DNA from: an uncultured Muribaculaceae bacterium
GTDB lineage: Bacteria > Bacteroidota > Bacteroidia > Bacteroidales > Muribaculaceae
Direction of reading: 5' to 3'
Length of the DNA stretch: 64,000 nt
Assembly: GCA_910584545.1 (NCBI GenBank)
Contig: CAJUBC010000006.1
Location: 2,225-66,224, forward strand
In this document: piece by piece, positions 46,057 to 54,399 of the stretch
Layout: every line of letters starts with the position of its first letter
Numbering within the stretch: position 1 is the first letter of the stretch
Position numbers and translations under genes: made by a program
Notes under the pieces: model-generated
Told to the model about the DNA's origin: nothing
Databases searched by the model: none
The model's input: the letters and a program-made list of their open reading frames with translations, nothing else

Positions 46057-48105
46057 TCAGTCCGCGAAATCGATGGAGAGGCCGCAGCGGAACTCGCGCG
46101 GGTTGATGGGGTAGTGCGGCATGGAGAAGCTGTCGCGCGAGAACCAGCGCTCGTTGAGGTGGCTGCACATCACGAAGAAGCGTACCTTGTAGAGCTTGCA
46201 GGTGAGATAGACGTTGCCGAAAGCATAGCCCCCCACATCTATCGGATTGTCGCCCTGCACATGGAATGACATCGTGGCCGGCTGGTACATCATCCCCCGG
46301 TAGCGGGTATAGTAGTTGCAGTCCACGCCTATCTGTACCGTCAGAGCGCGGAACGCCTTGAAGTAAAGATACATGTTGCTGTAGAGCGTGAACGCCGGAA
46401 GCGGCAGGATGTCGGCGTTGGAGGTTGTCTGGTATGTCAGTGTGTTGTCCCAGTTCCAGATACCGAACCGGAGGTTCTGCTGAAGCCGCGCCGAGAACAC
46501 CTGGAGATGTCCCGTGTGCTGTGCGGGAAGGCAGTCGGAGTTGAAGTAGACGTGGTTCTGCACATTCTCCACCCCCACGGATAATGTGGTCCATGACCAT
46601 GGAATATGCAGGCGCCCCTCCGCGCGGAAGCTGCGTATCTTGCCGAAATCGTTGTTCCAGATGTAGTGGTTGCCGTAGTAGTGATTGTATAGATAGTTCG
46701 GCTCGAGATTCTTGAAGAAGCCGTCGGCCTCGATCCTGACGGTGTCGTTGCCGAGCTTGAAGCGCGTCTCTATCGAGCCTCTCACATCTATCTCGCCGGC
46801 GGCATCGCCGAGGATGCCGAACTTAGCGTCGGCCGAATAACGGATGGTATTGCCCCGCGTCTTTTCGATGCGGCCGCCGATCCAGAGTCGGTTGCGCGTG
46901 CGGAGGGGGTTGAATTCCGCACCCTCCGGCATCGGGGTGAGACCCGCTTCGGTCACCTCTTCCGGAGTCATGCCGCTGTCGCGCAGGTCTGACGAGCCCT
47001 TGGCCCGGTACCACCAGCGGTCGATATTCCAGGTGGCGTAGGCCGAGAGACCGAACCGGGCCCATTTCTGGAATCCCTCGATCATCTGGATTCCGAATGA
47101 ATTGTCGATCGACCAATAGCGGGCGGTGTCTTCCGTTCCGGAGAGATCGAAGTAAGTATAGGGCCAGAAACCGTTGGTGGGCGGAGTTGTGTTGATGAAG
47201 AAGCGCTCGTTGTCGAGGAGCCGGAAAGAATAGACGAATTTGGTGACGGGCACGAATTCCTCACGCTTCACCGTGTCGGTCTCCTGGGTGATGTCGCGCC
47301 AGAATCCGAGCTTGTATGCGTGCGACATATAGAAGTCGGAGCCCTTCACATTGTTATGGGTGTTGGTGAGGTTTACGGGGATACTCTTGTCCTGGACGCT
47401 CGTAACTCCTCCCTGCACGGCCGCGGGGTCGGTTATGAACCGGTCGTCGCTGATTCCGCCGTTCTCCTTGTTGGTGTGGTCGTAATGGTTGTAGTAGGCC
47501 TGCATCTCGTAGCGGCTGCCGGTGTAGTAGCCCTGTATGCCGAATGCCAGTTCCTTGGTGGCCTGCTCGGCGTAACTGCCGATGGTGTAGGGGAAATCCA
47601 CCCACGCGCCGATGCCGATCTTACGGTTGACGTTTCCGGCGAAGATGGCGTTGAGCCAGTCGGTCTTTGTCTGCTTGTCCCACGTGAGGTTGTAGGAGAG
47701 TAGCGTCATCGGGATATAGACGTTGTAGAATTTCTGCTTGGAGAAGGATGGCACCCATTTCTCGATTGCGTTGTTGAAGAAGAAGGTCCTGCCGGAGGGA
47801 CGGTTGAAGTAAATCATGTCGAGGCCCGGGCCGGATAGCTGGCCTGTTGTGGCCCATGCGTCGGTAGTGAGCGCGGGTACGAAATTGCGCTGGTAATTGT
47901 AGAGCACCGTGTCGATGGTGCTCTCTATCCTGCTTCCGAGAGGCCAGGAGAGGGTCCATGCGCTCCCGGGGCGGTAGTTGCTCTTTTTCGAGGAAGGCTC
48001 GAGTCCCTGCTCCGGCTGCCGGGCATACGTGAAGGCAGTTGTCATCGCTGTCACGATGGCAACTGCCGTGATGAGTATCCTGTATATGTTTCGTTTTTTT
48101 CTCAA
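46057..48105 (-). CDS. Putative porin (Bacteroidetes outer-membrane beta-barrel)
   Basis: 'ENGGISDDRFIT', 'FVPVTKFVYSF', 'ILPLP', 'YQPATMSF' and the end 'YPINPREFRCGLSIDFAD'. TTG start. Confidence 0.8.
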   Translation of the reverse strand: MRKKRNIYRILITAVAIVTAMTTAFTYARQPEQGLEPSSKKSNYRPGSAWTLSWPLGSRIESTIDTVLYNYQRNFVPALTTDAWATTGQLSGPGLDMIYFNRPSGRTFFFNNAIEKWVPSFSKQKFYNVYIPMTLLSYNLTWDKQTKTDWLNAIFAGNVNRKIGIGAWVDFPYTIGSYAEQATKELAFGIQGYYTGSRYEMQAYYNHYDHTNKENGGISDDRFITDPAAVQGGVTSVQDKSIPVNLTNTHNNVKGSDFYMSHAYKLGFWRDITQETDTVKREEFVPVTKFVYSFRLLDNERFFINTTPPTNGFWPYTYFDLSGTEDTARYWSIDNSFGIQMIEGFQKWARFGLSAYATWNIDRWWYRAKGSSDLRDSGMTPEEVTEAGLTPMPEGAEFNPLRTRNRLWIGGRIEKTRGNTIRYSADAKFGILGDAAGEIDVRGSIETRFKLGNDTVRIEADGFFKNLEPNYLYNHYYGNHYIWNNDFGKIRSFRAEGRLHIPWSWTTLSVGVENVQNHVYFNSDCLPAQHTGHLQVFSARLQQNLRFGIWNWDNTLTYQTTSNADILPLPAFTLYSNMYLYFKAFRALTVQIGVDCNYYTRYRGMMYQPATMSFHVQGDNPIDVGGYAFGNVYLTCKLYKVRFFVMCSHLNERWFSRDSFSMPHYPINPREFRCGLSIDFAD

Positions 48106-48180
48106 AGGAATCTATGATATGCAGATGCAAAATTACGAAAAAATCCCCATATCATAAAGAGAAAAATGCTGTGCCTCGGG

Positions 48181-49707
48181 TCAGAGCGGCTGATGGGCCG
48201 GGCGCAGCAGGTCGTTGACGGTCTTGACGGGATTGAAAGTGTCGGCCGGCACCTCGATGAAGATGGTGTTCCAGTCGCTCATCGCGCCGTTCCAGAGACC
48301 GGGAAGCTCGAGAGCCTTTATCTCCACGCCGTCGCGGCTCTTGTCGGAGATGAAGCATGTGGCCATGTCGACATATTCGGGGAGGTTGAACCTGCGTCCC
48401 TCGAAGTCTTTGGTGGCTACCGCGAGGTCTACGGGGTTGAAATGCGTTGCCTCGCGGAAGATTTTCTCATCCACGGGATTTTTGTGGTTGATCTGCGATG
48501 ACTCGAGAATCTGCGGGCTGACGGTGCCGTCCTGATTGTAGACCAGGAATGGACCTCCGCCAGGCTCGCCGCTGTTGCGCACCATACCGCATACGCGCAG
48601 AGGGCGGTTCAGTTTCGAGAAGATGTATTTCGCTTTGCCGGCCGCATCCATGCCGTCGGCCTCGTCGTGGGTGATGCAGAGAACCGAGCGGAGGAAATGG
48701 AGCATCTCTTCCAGTTTCCCGTCATCGGGTACCCCGGCCTTGAGCAGGCGGCAGTATTCGTCGATACGCTGCTTGACGGCCACCAGTGTGCCGCCGAGCA
48801 CGCGCTTGTGATGGATGGTCGACTCGCGGCGGTCATCCCCCACCACGTTGTCGATGTTCTTGATGAAGATCACGTCCGCGTCGAGGTCGTTGAGGTTCTC
48901 GATGAGCGCGCCGTGGCCTCCGGGACGGAAGAAGAGATGGCCATCCTCGCGGTAGGGGGTGCCGTCGGGATTGGCGGCGACGGTGTCGGTGGAAGGTTTC
49001 TGCACGCTGTAGGTGATGTCGTAGTCAACGCCGTAGAGATGACCGAGACACCCGGCGGTCTCCTCCACCTTGATCTTGGCGAGGGGGAGATGGGAATCGG
49101 AGACTGTGAAATGCACATGTACCTTGCGGTCGCGTCCCGCGGCATATTGCGCTCCCTCGGCGAGATGCTCCTCGAGGGCGGTGCGGCTGCGTCCCGGCAC
49201 CTTGTGGAACTCCAGCAGCGCCTTTGGGAGACGGCCGTAGTCAAGACCGTCGGCCTCTATGAGGGCGCGGGCCACTTCCTTGTATTTCTTCTCATCCATC
49301 AGCGTGGCCACGCTCTTGCCGTAAAGCGACACACATGCCGAGTTGAGACGGGGGAAAAATGCGAAATTCTCGATCTTGTCGAAGAAAAGCCTGAGGAAGT
49401 CTGTGTCCGGCTTGTCCGATTTCCCGTTGACGAATGCGAAGATGTCCTTGAACATACGGGACGCGGCGCCGCTCGCAGGAACCATCTTGAGCACCTTGCC
49501 TCCCTGCTGGAGGAACGTCTCCCAGCAGCTGAGGGCACCGAGAGCCATCTCGGCATTGATTTCGGAGATTCCGTGTCCCGGGGTGGCCGCGGCCTCGAGC
49601 CGCAGGTAGGGGAACCCGGTGCGGATCATCTCGAGCTGAGCGCAAAGCTGCTCTTCCGTTATTCCTTTTTCGTTAAGGAATTCGATGTCCTTGCTGTCTA
49701 AATTCAT
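48181..49707 (-). CDS. DUF4301 family protein
   Basis: 'VPASGAASRMFK', 'FRPGGHGALIENL', 'NRPLRVCGMV.N.GEPGGGPF' and 'TFNPVKTVNDLL'. Confidence 0.9.
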   Translation of the reverse strand: MNLDSKDIEFLNEKGITEEQLCAQLEMIRTGFPYLRLEAAATPGHGISEINAEMALGALSCWETFLQQGGKVLKMVPASGAASRMFKDIFAFVNGKSDKPDTDFLRLFFDKIENFAFFPRLNSACVSLYGKSVATLMDEKKYKEVARALIEADGLDYGRLPKALLEFHKVPGRSRTALEEHLAEGAQYAAGRDRKVHVHFTVSDSHLPLAKIKVEETAGCLGHLYGVDYDITYSVQKPSTDTVAANPDGTPYREDGHLFFRPGGHGALIENLNDLDADVIFIKNIDNVVGDDRRESTIHHKRVLGGTLVAVKQRIDEYCRLLKAGVPDDGKLEEMLHFLRSVLCITHDEADGMDAAGKAKYIFSKLNRPLRVCGMVRNSGEPGGGPFLVYNQDGTVSPQILESSQINHKNPVDEKIFREATHFNPVDLAVATKDFEGRRFNLPEYVDMATCFISDKSRDGVEIKALELPGLWNGAMSDWNTIFIEVPADTFNPVKTVNDLLRPAHQPL

Positions 49708-49731
49708 GTCGATATAGTTTATGGGTATGGG

Positions 49732-50217
49732 TCAGTAGGGGGTCTTGTCGCTCTTGGCGGCCCACTTCTCGAAGGCGCGGATAGTGTCTGAACCATCCAC
49801 ATGGATTTCAGGGAGACGGCGTGATTCCGCAGGGCGCGCGAGTTCCTCGTAGATGAACTTGTCGGAGAAGTCGATGGCGTCGGCATCCTCCTTGGTGTTG
49901 CCGTAGAAGATCTTTCTGACACCGGCCCAATACAGCGCCGAGAGACACATCGGGCATGGCTCACAGCTGGAGTAGACGGTGCAGCCCTCGAGGCGGAACG
50001 TGTTCAGCTTTCCGCAGGCGTGTCTGATGGCGTTGACCTCGGCATGAGCCGTGGGGTCGTTGTCGACGGTCACCGAGTTGACTCCCGTGGCTATAACCTC
50101 GCCGTCCCGGACTATTACCGCTCCGAAGGGGCCTCCGCCACGGTCGATGTTCTCGAGCGACAGACGGGCCGCCAGATCCATATATTCCTTATTGAAATCT
50201 TTCATTCCTTCCTTCAT
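49732..50217 (-). CDS. Nucleoside/guanine deaminase (CDA fold)
   Basis: 'GGPFGAVIV', 'DPTAHAEV' and 'SCEPCPMC'. Confidence 0.9.
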   Translation of the reverse strand: MKEGMKDFNKEYMDLAARLSLENIDRGGGPFGAVIVRDGEVIATGVNSVTVDNDPTAHAEVNAIRHACGKLNTFRLEGCTVYSSCEPCPMCLSALYWAGVRKIFYGNTKEDADAIDFSDKFIYEELARPAESRRLPEIHVDGSDTIRAFEKWAAKSDKTPY

Positions 50218-50302
50218 ACTGTTTTTTTAAAATTCAGATAAGAGCCGCATTGCCGAAGGCTCTATATGCGAAACGTTTTCCGGAGGCCGAAAGTTCCGGT
50301 AC

Positions 50303-51025
50303 TTACTTTACCGTGTCGCCGTCGAGACCTCCGTTGCGGTCGCGGTGGGCGCGCAGTACGTTGACTTTCTCATGGAGCATCTGCGCCCGGCGCTCGAGCC
50401 GGTTAGCCTCGCGCTGGTCGGAGTAGAGCTGCCATGTGGCCATAATCATGTTGAGTGTCGGAGTGGAGATCGGATTCGTCACGCGTATGTCTCCGTTGTT
50501 GTAGAACGAGAGCTTTACGGTGTTGATCGCATTTGAGGCTATCAACTGACCGACCTCGTCCGCCTCCTTGCCGGAGAACATCACCGTAGTCATCTGTCCG
50601 TTGCGGTAGTTGAGGGCCTGGTCGTTGGGCACCACGGCGCTGCGGGCCTCCTTCTCCCCGGAAGAAACGCCTATCTGGTCGAACTGTCCCGGATTGAGCA
50701 CGGCGACAAGCTCGAATTGTCCGTTGTCGTTGATACGGGCCATGAGGCCGGTCTTGGTGAGGGGGTAGGCATCCTTCATCTTGGTGTAGATAAGATAGCT
50801 GCCGGCCTCGCGGGGATTGTTCACCTCGGTGAAGTCGAGCAGCCAGCGTCCCACCTTGTCGCGGAGCACCTTTATCTGGTTGTCGCAGGAATCTATCTCC
50901 TGCCGCGCTATCTCTATGGAGTCGCCGAGCGAGCGGTTGTAGTCCGCCCGGGCCTGTTCTCCCTTGTTGCCGGAGCCGCATCCCGCTGCAAGAAGCGCGA
51001 GGACTCCAATAAACCACTTTTTCAT
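50303..51025 (-). CDS. Hypothetical lipoprotein with coiled-coil ends
   Basis: Lipobox AAGC. Operonic spacing with relA (6 nt). Codon usage matches neighbouring genes. Confidence 0.7.
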   Translation of the reverse strand: MKKWFIGVLALLAAGCGSGNKGEQARADYNRSLGDSIEIARQEIDSCDNQIKVLRDKVGRWLLDFTEVNNPREAGSYLIYTKMKDAYPLTKTGLMARINDNGQFELVAVLNPGQFDQIGVSSGEKEARSAVVPNDQALNYRNGQMTTVMFSGKEADEVGQLIASNAINTVKLSFYNNGDIRVTNPISTPTLNMIMATWQLYSDQREANRLERRAQMLHEKVNVLRAHRDRNGGLDGDTVK

Positions 51026-51031
51026 ATACTG

Positions 51032-53239
51032 TCAGGTTCTCTGGACGTCCTTGACGCCCTTTACTGTCTTTATTTTCTTGATGAGCGATGTCAGCTGCCG
51101 GTTGTCGGTGATGCCGACCACGAGGTATCCCTGGAAGATACCGTCGTGCGAGTCGATGGATATGTTTCGCAGCGACACGTTGTTCTCGTGAGATATGATG
51201 GAAGATATGTTTGCCACTATGCCGATGTCGTCGTTTCCGATCACACGCAGGGTGGCCGGGAGCACCTGTCCCGACTTGCCGCTCCAGTCGGCGCGGATCA
51301 CGCGATAGGGGTAGCGTGCCCGGATATGGGCCGCGTTGGGGCATCCCTCCTTGTGGATCTTCACCACGCCGTCGCTCGATATGAAACCGAAGACATCGTC
51401 GCCATAGATGGGGCCGCAGCATTTGGCGAACCGGTAGCTCAGACCGTTGAGCGATTTCTCTCCGATCACGAGCACGTCGGCGCCCTGTTTCTCCTCGGGG
51501 GCGGTGCGCAGATGGAATTCCTCGGCCGATACCTTCTCCTCTTCTCCGGAGCCACGGTTCACGAGGTCGCGGTAGTTGTCGAGGAAGCGGCCCGGATCGG
51601 TCTTGTCCTCTCCTAAATCGGCGAAGAAATCGATCAGCGACTTGTACCCCATCTTTCTTATCAGACGCATCATCACCGCGTCGTCGAGCTCGAGACGGCG
51701 GTTCTTGGCGCGGCGTTGCAGGGTCTCCTTGCCGATGTCGGCAAGACGCTGCTTCTCCTCGTTGAGGCTCTGTTTGATTTTGTTGCGGGCCTTGGTGGAG
51801 TTGACGATCGAGAGCCATTCCTGACGCGGCTGCTGGCTGGCGGAGGTGAGGATCTCGACGGTGTCGCCGTTCTGTATCTTGTAGTTCAGGCGCTTGTGTG
51901 CGCCGTTGACGATGGCTCCGGTGCAGTGTGCGCCGATGTTGGTGTGGATATGGAACGCGAAGTCGAGCACCGTTGCGCCTCCGGCGAGGCGGAACAGGTC
52001 TCCCTTGGGAGTGAACGCGAACACCTCCTTGCCGAACGGGTCGGCGTTGAGGTTCTTCATCAGCTGCATCGGGCCGCTGTCGGCACTTTCGAGGATGTCG
52101 CGGATGTTGTTCATCCATTGGTCTGTATTGTCGGCCTTGACCCCTTTGTAGCGCCAGTGGGCTGCAAGGCCCTTTTCGGCCACGAGGTCCATGCGCCGTG
52201 ACCGGAACTGCACCTCTACCCATTTGTTGCCCGGTCCCATCACCGTGGCATGGAGCGATTCATAACCGTTGCTCTTGGGCAGCGAGATCCAGTCCTTCAT
52301 CCGCGACGGGTTGGCGGTGTACATGTCGGCGAGGATGGAGTAGGCGGTCCAGCAGTCCATCTTCTCGCGCTCTCGCGGAGTGTCGATGATTACACGGATG
52401 GCGAAGAGGTCGTAGATGCCCGGAAGGTCCACCTTCTGTTTCTTCATCTTGTTCCAGATGGATGAGATGGACTTGGTGCGCCCTTTTATCTCGAAATCGA
52501 GGCCGGCTTCCTCGAGGCGTGCTTTCACCGGGTCGATGAACGCCTTGATATAGGCGTCGCGCGACCGTTTGGTCTCGTTGAGCTTGTGCGCGATCTGGGT
52601 GTATATCTCGCGGTTGGTGTATTTCAAAGCCAGATCCTCGAGCTCACCCTTGATCTTGTAAAGGCCCAGACGATGGGCCAGCCGTGCGTAGAGGCAGTCG
52701 GCCTCGAAGGCGACGTTGCGCACCCAGTTGTCGTCGGGATGACGGTTGATCGAGCGCATGAGCACGAGACTCTCCACAATCATGATGATGATGACGCGGA
52801 TGTCGTGGGCGAGTGCGAGCACGAGGCCGCGGAAGTTCTCCTGGTTTGTGGCGGAGTTCTTTCCGGAATATTTCTTTACGGCCCGCATCCCCTCGATGAG
52901 TCCGGCTATGTCGTCGCCCCAGTCCCGCCGCACGTCGGCGAGGTCGAGTATGCCGAGGCGCACCATGGCGTTGAGGATGATGGCCACGAGGATATTGTGG
53001 TCAGGATCGACCATATCTGCGAAGGCTATGCCTGTCTGCAGAGTGATCACGGCGGTAGGTATTCCCTTTGAGTCGTGTGCGTCGTGGTCTTCGTGGATGC
53101 CGGCGCGCACGGTGTCGCGAAGCAGCGTCCGTTCCCGCTCATCGAGCCGGGGCCAGAGTCTGTCGCGCATCTCCGAGGCAAGCGCCGCAGTCTGCCGCAG
53201 TTCATGAAACGATAGTCTGTCAACAGGTTTTGATTCCAT
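51032..53239 (-). CDS. relA: Long RelA/SpoT homologue ((p)ppGpp synthetase, degenerate hydrolase)
   Basis: 'GRTKSISSIWNKM', 'YDLFAIRVI', 'PKSNGYESLH', 'EVQFR', TGS 'FTPKG..DFAFHIHT', 'AKCCGPIYGD' and an ACT C-terminus. Confidence 0.92.
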   Translation of the reverse strand: MESKPVDRLSFHELRQTAALASEMRDRLWPRLDERERTLLRDTVRAGIHEDHDAHDSKGIPTAVITLQTGIAFADMVDPDHNILVAIILNAMVRLGILDLADVRRDWGDDIAGLIEGMRAVKKYSGKNSATNQENFRGLVLALAHDIRVIIIMIVESLVLMRSINRHPDDNWVRNVAFEADCLYARLAHRLGLYKIKGELEDLALKYTNREIYTQIAHKLNETKRSRDAYIKAFIDPVKARLEEAGLDFEIKGRTKSISSIWNKMKKQKVDLPGIYDLFAIRVIIDTPREREKMDCWTAYSILADMYTANPSRMKDWISLPKSNGYESLHATVMGPGNKWVEVQFRSRRMDLVAEKGLAAHWRYKGVKADNTDQWMNNIRDILESADSGPMQLMKNLNADPFGKEVFAFTPKGDLFRLAGGATVLDFAFHIHTNIGAHCTGAIVNGAHKRLNYKIQNGDTVEILTSASQQPRQEWLSIVNSTKARNKIKQSLNEEKQRLADIGKETLQRRAKNRRLELDDAVMMRLIRKMGYKSLIDFFADLGEDKTDPGRFLDNYRDLVNRGSGEEEKVSAEEFHLRTAPEEKQGADVLVIGEKSLNGLSYRFAKCCGPIYGDDVFGFISSDGVVKIHKEGCPNAAHIRARYPYRVIRADWSGKSGQVLPATLRVIGNDDIGIVANISSIISHENNVSLRNISIDSHDGIFQGYLVVGITDNRQLTSLIKKIKTVKGVKDVQRT

Positions 53240-53243
53240 ACCG

Positions 53244-53275
53244 CAAATTTAGCAAATAATTGCGAGCGGTGCAAA
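53244..53275 (-). promoter_or_regulatory. Promoter of the relA operon (near-leaderless)
   Basis: Minus strand TTTG-N20-TAAATTTG ending only about 4 nt before the annotated ATG. Confidence 0.55.
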
Positions 53276-53277
53276 TC

Positions 53278-54336
53278 TTATCTGTCGGCATATTTGCGCA
53301 GGAAGGTGAAGATGGTGTCGTAGGCGGCTTCGCGGGGTAGGGGTTCGCTGAGGATGAGGTCATGGATGCCGCTGTCGATGGTCGCCACCTCCCGCGTGGA
53401 ACCGAGTGTGTTGCCGATCCGGGCGATCATGGCGGGGTCGAGCACGCAGTCTCCGGTCTGGAACTCCGGTGTCCAGTCGCACCCTGAGATTTTCCTGCTG
53501 CTGTGCATCACCAGGACCGGTACCGCGATGTCCCGGCGTTTCTTCTGCAGAAGGGAGTGTGCATGATCGATCGAGCGTATCCACTGAAACGTGACCGGCG
53601 GGGAGTATATCATTTTCCAGTCGGTGTCGTAGGTCCACTGGCCGTGGTATTCCTTGAGCAGACTCTCCGCGTATCCGTCGCAGTGCGACTGCGTCACCTT
53701 CGACTCGGGAAGGATCCGGCTAAGCCCGGCCACCATAGGAATAGCCACCTTGCGCATGAACGCGGAGTAGTTCCAGTCGAGGAAAGGGGAGTTGGTCACC
53801 ACCCGGTCAACTTCGATATCCCTTCCCCGTTCGGCCGCATAGAGCAGTACGGTGAGGCCGCCGGTGGAATGGCCGGAGAGGGTGATGTCGGTGTTGCCGT
53901 CGCGCCGTATCTGCGCCAGGGCGGAATCTATGTCGTTGAAGTATTCCTTCTGGTTGCGGATGTCGTAGGGATACTGCCAGGGGAGCTTGCTTCGCCCGTA
54001 GCGGCGAAGGTCGACGGCGTAGAAGTTATATCCGCTGTCCACGAACCGCTCGCCCATCTCGCTTTGGAAGAAATAGTCGTTGAAACCGTGAACATACAGA
54101 ATCGCGCGGCGCGCGGCTTGCTTAGACAGCTTGCGGATGATGGTGCTCCGGCAGGGTCCGTCGAAGGCAATCCCCTGGTTGACATATCTTGACTCGTATC
54201 CGGGCAGGATGTCGGGGTGCCAGCCGAGGCTGATGGTCATTATCTTCGGCCCGGTCCATTTCTCATGGATGTCCCAGGCGGACGCGAGCAGTGCGGTGAG
54301 GCATATCGTCGCGATGAGCAGAGGAAGCTTTCTCAT
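53278..54336 (-). CDS. Secreted alpha/beta hydrolase (lysophospholipase-like)
   Basis: 'YVHGFNDYFF', 'DLRRYGRS', nucleophile elbow 'GHSTGG' and 'HDLILS'. Confidence 0.9.
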   Translation of the reverse strand: MRKLPLLIATICLTALLASAWDIHEKWTGPKIMTISLGWHPDILPGYESRYVNQGIAFDGPCRSTIIRKLSKQAARRAILYVHGFNDYFFQSEMGERFVDSGYNFYAVDLRRYGRSKLPWQYPYDIRNQKEYFNDIDSALAQIRRDGNTDITLSGHSTGGLTVLLYAAERGRDIEVDRVVTNSPFLDWNYSAFMRKVAIPMVAGLSRILPESKVTQSHCDGYAESLLKEYHGQWTYDTDWKMIYSPPVTFQWIRSIDHAHSLLQKKRRDIAVPVLVMHSSRKISGCDWTPEFQTGDCVLDPAMIARIGNTLGSTREVATIDSGIHDLILSEPLPREAAYDTIFTFLRKYADR

Positions 54337-54399
54337 AATTCGGAGTCTATTCCAGATTGCGGGTATTATTCCTTTATAACGTCTGCATGCCGCCGATTG

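Noticed and set aside
50403..52223. 606-aa same-strand alternative-frame ORF over relA and the lipoprotein gene
   Set aside because: Arg/Pro/Gly-rich off-frame translation. Both real genes are intact in their own frames.
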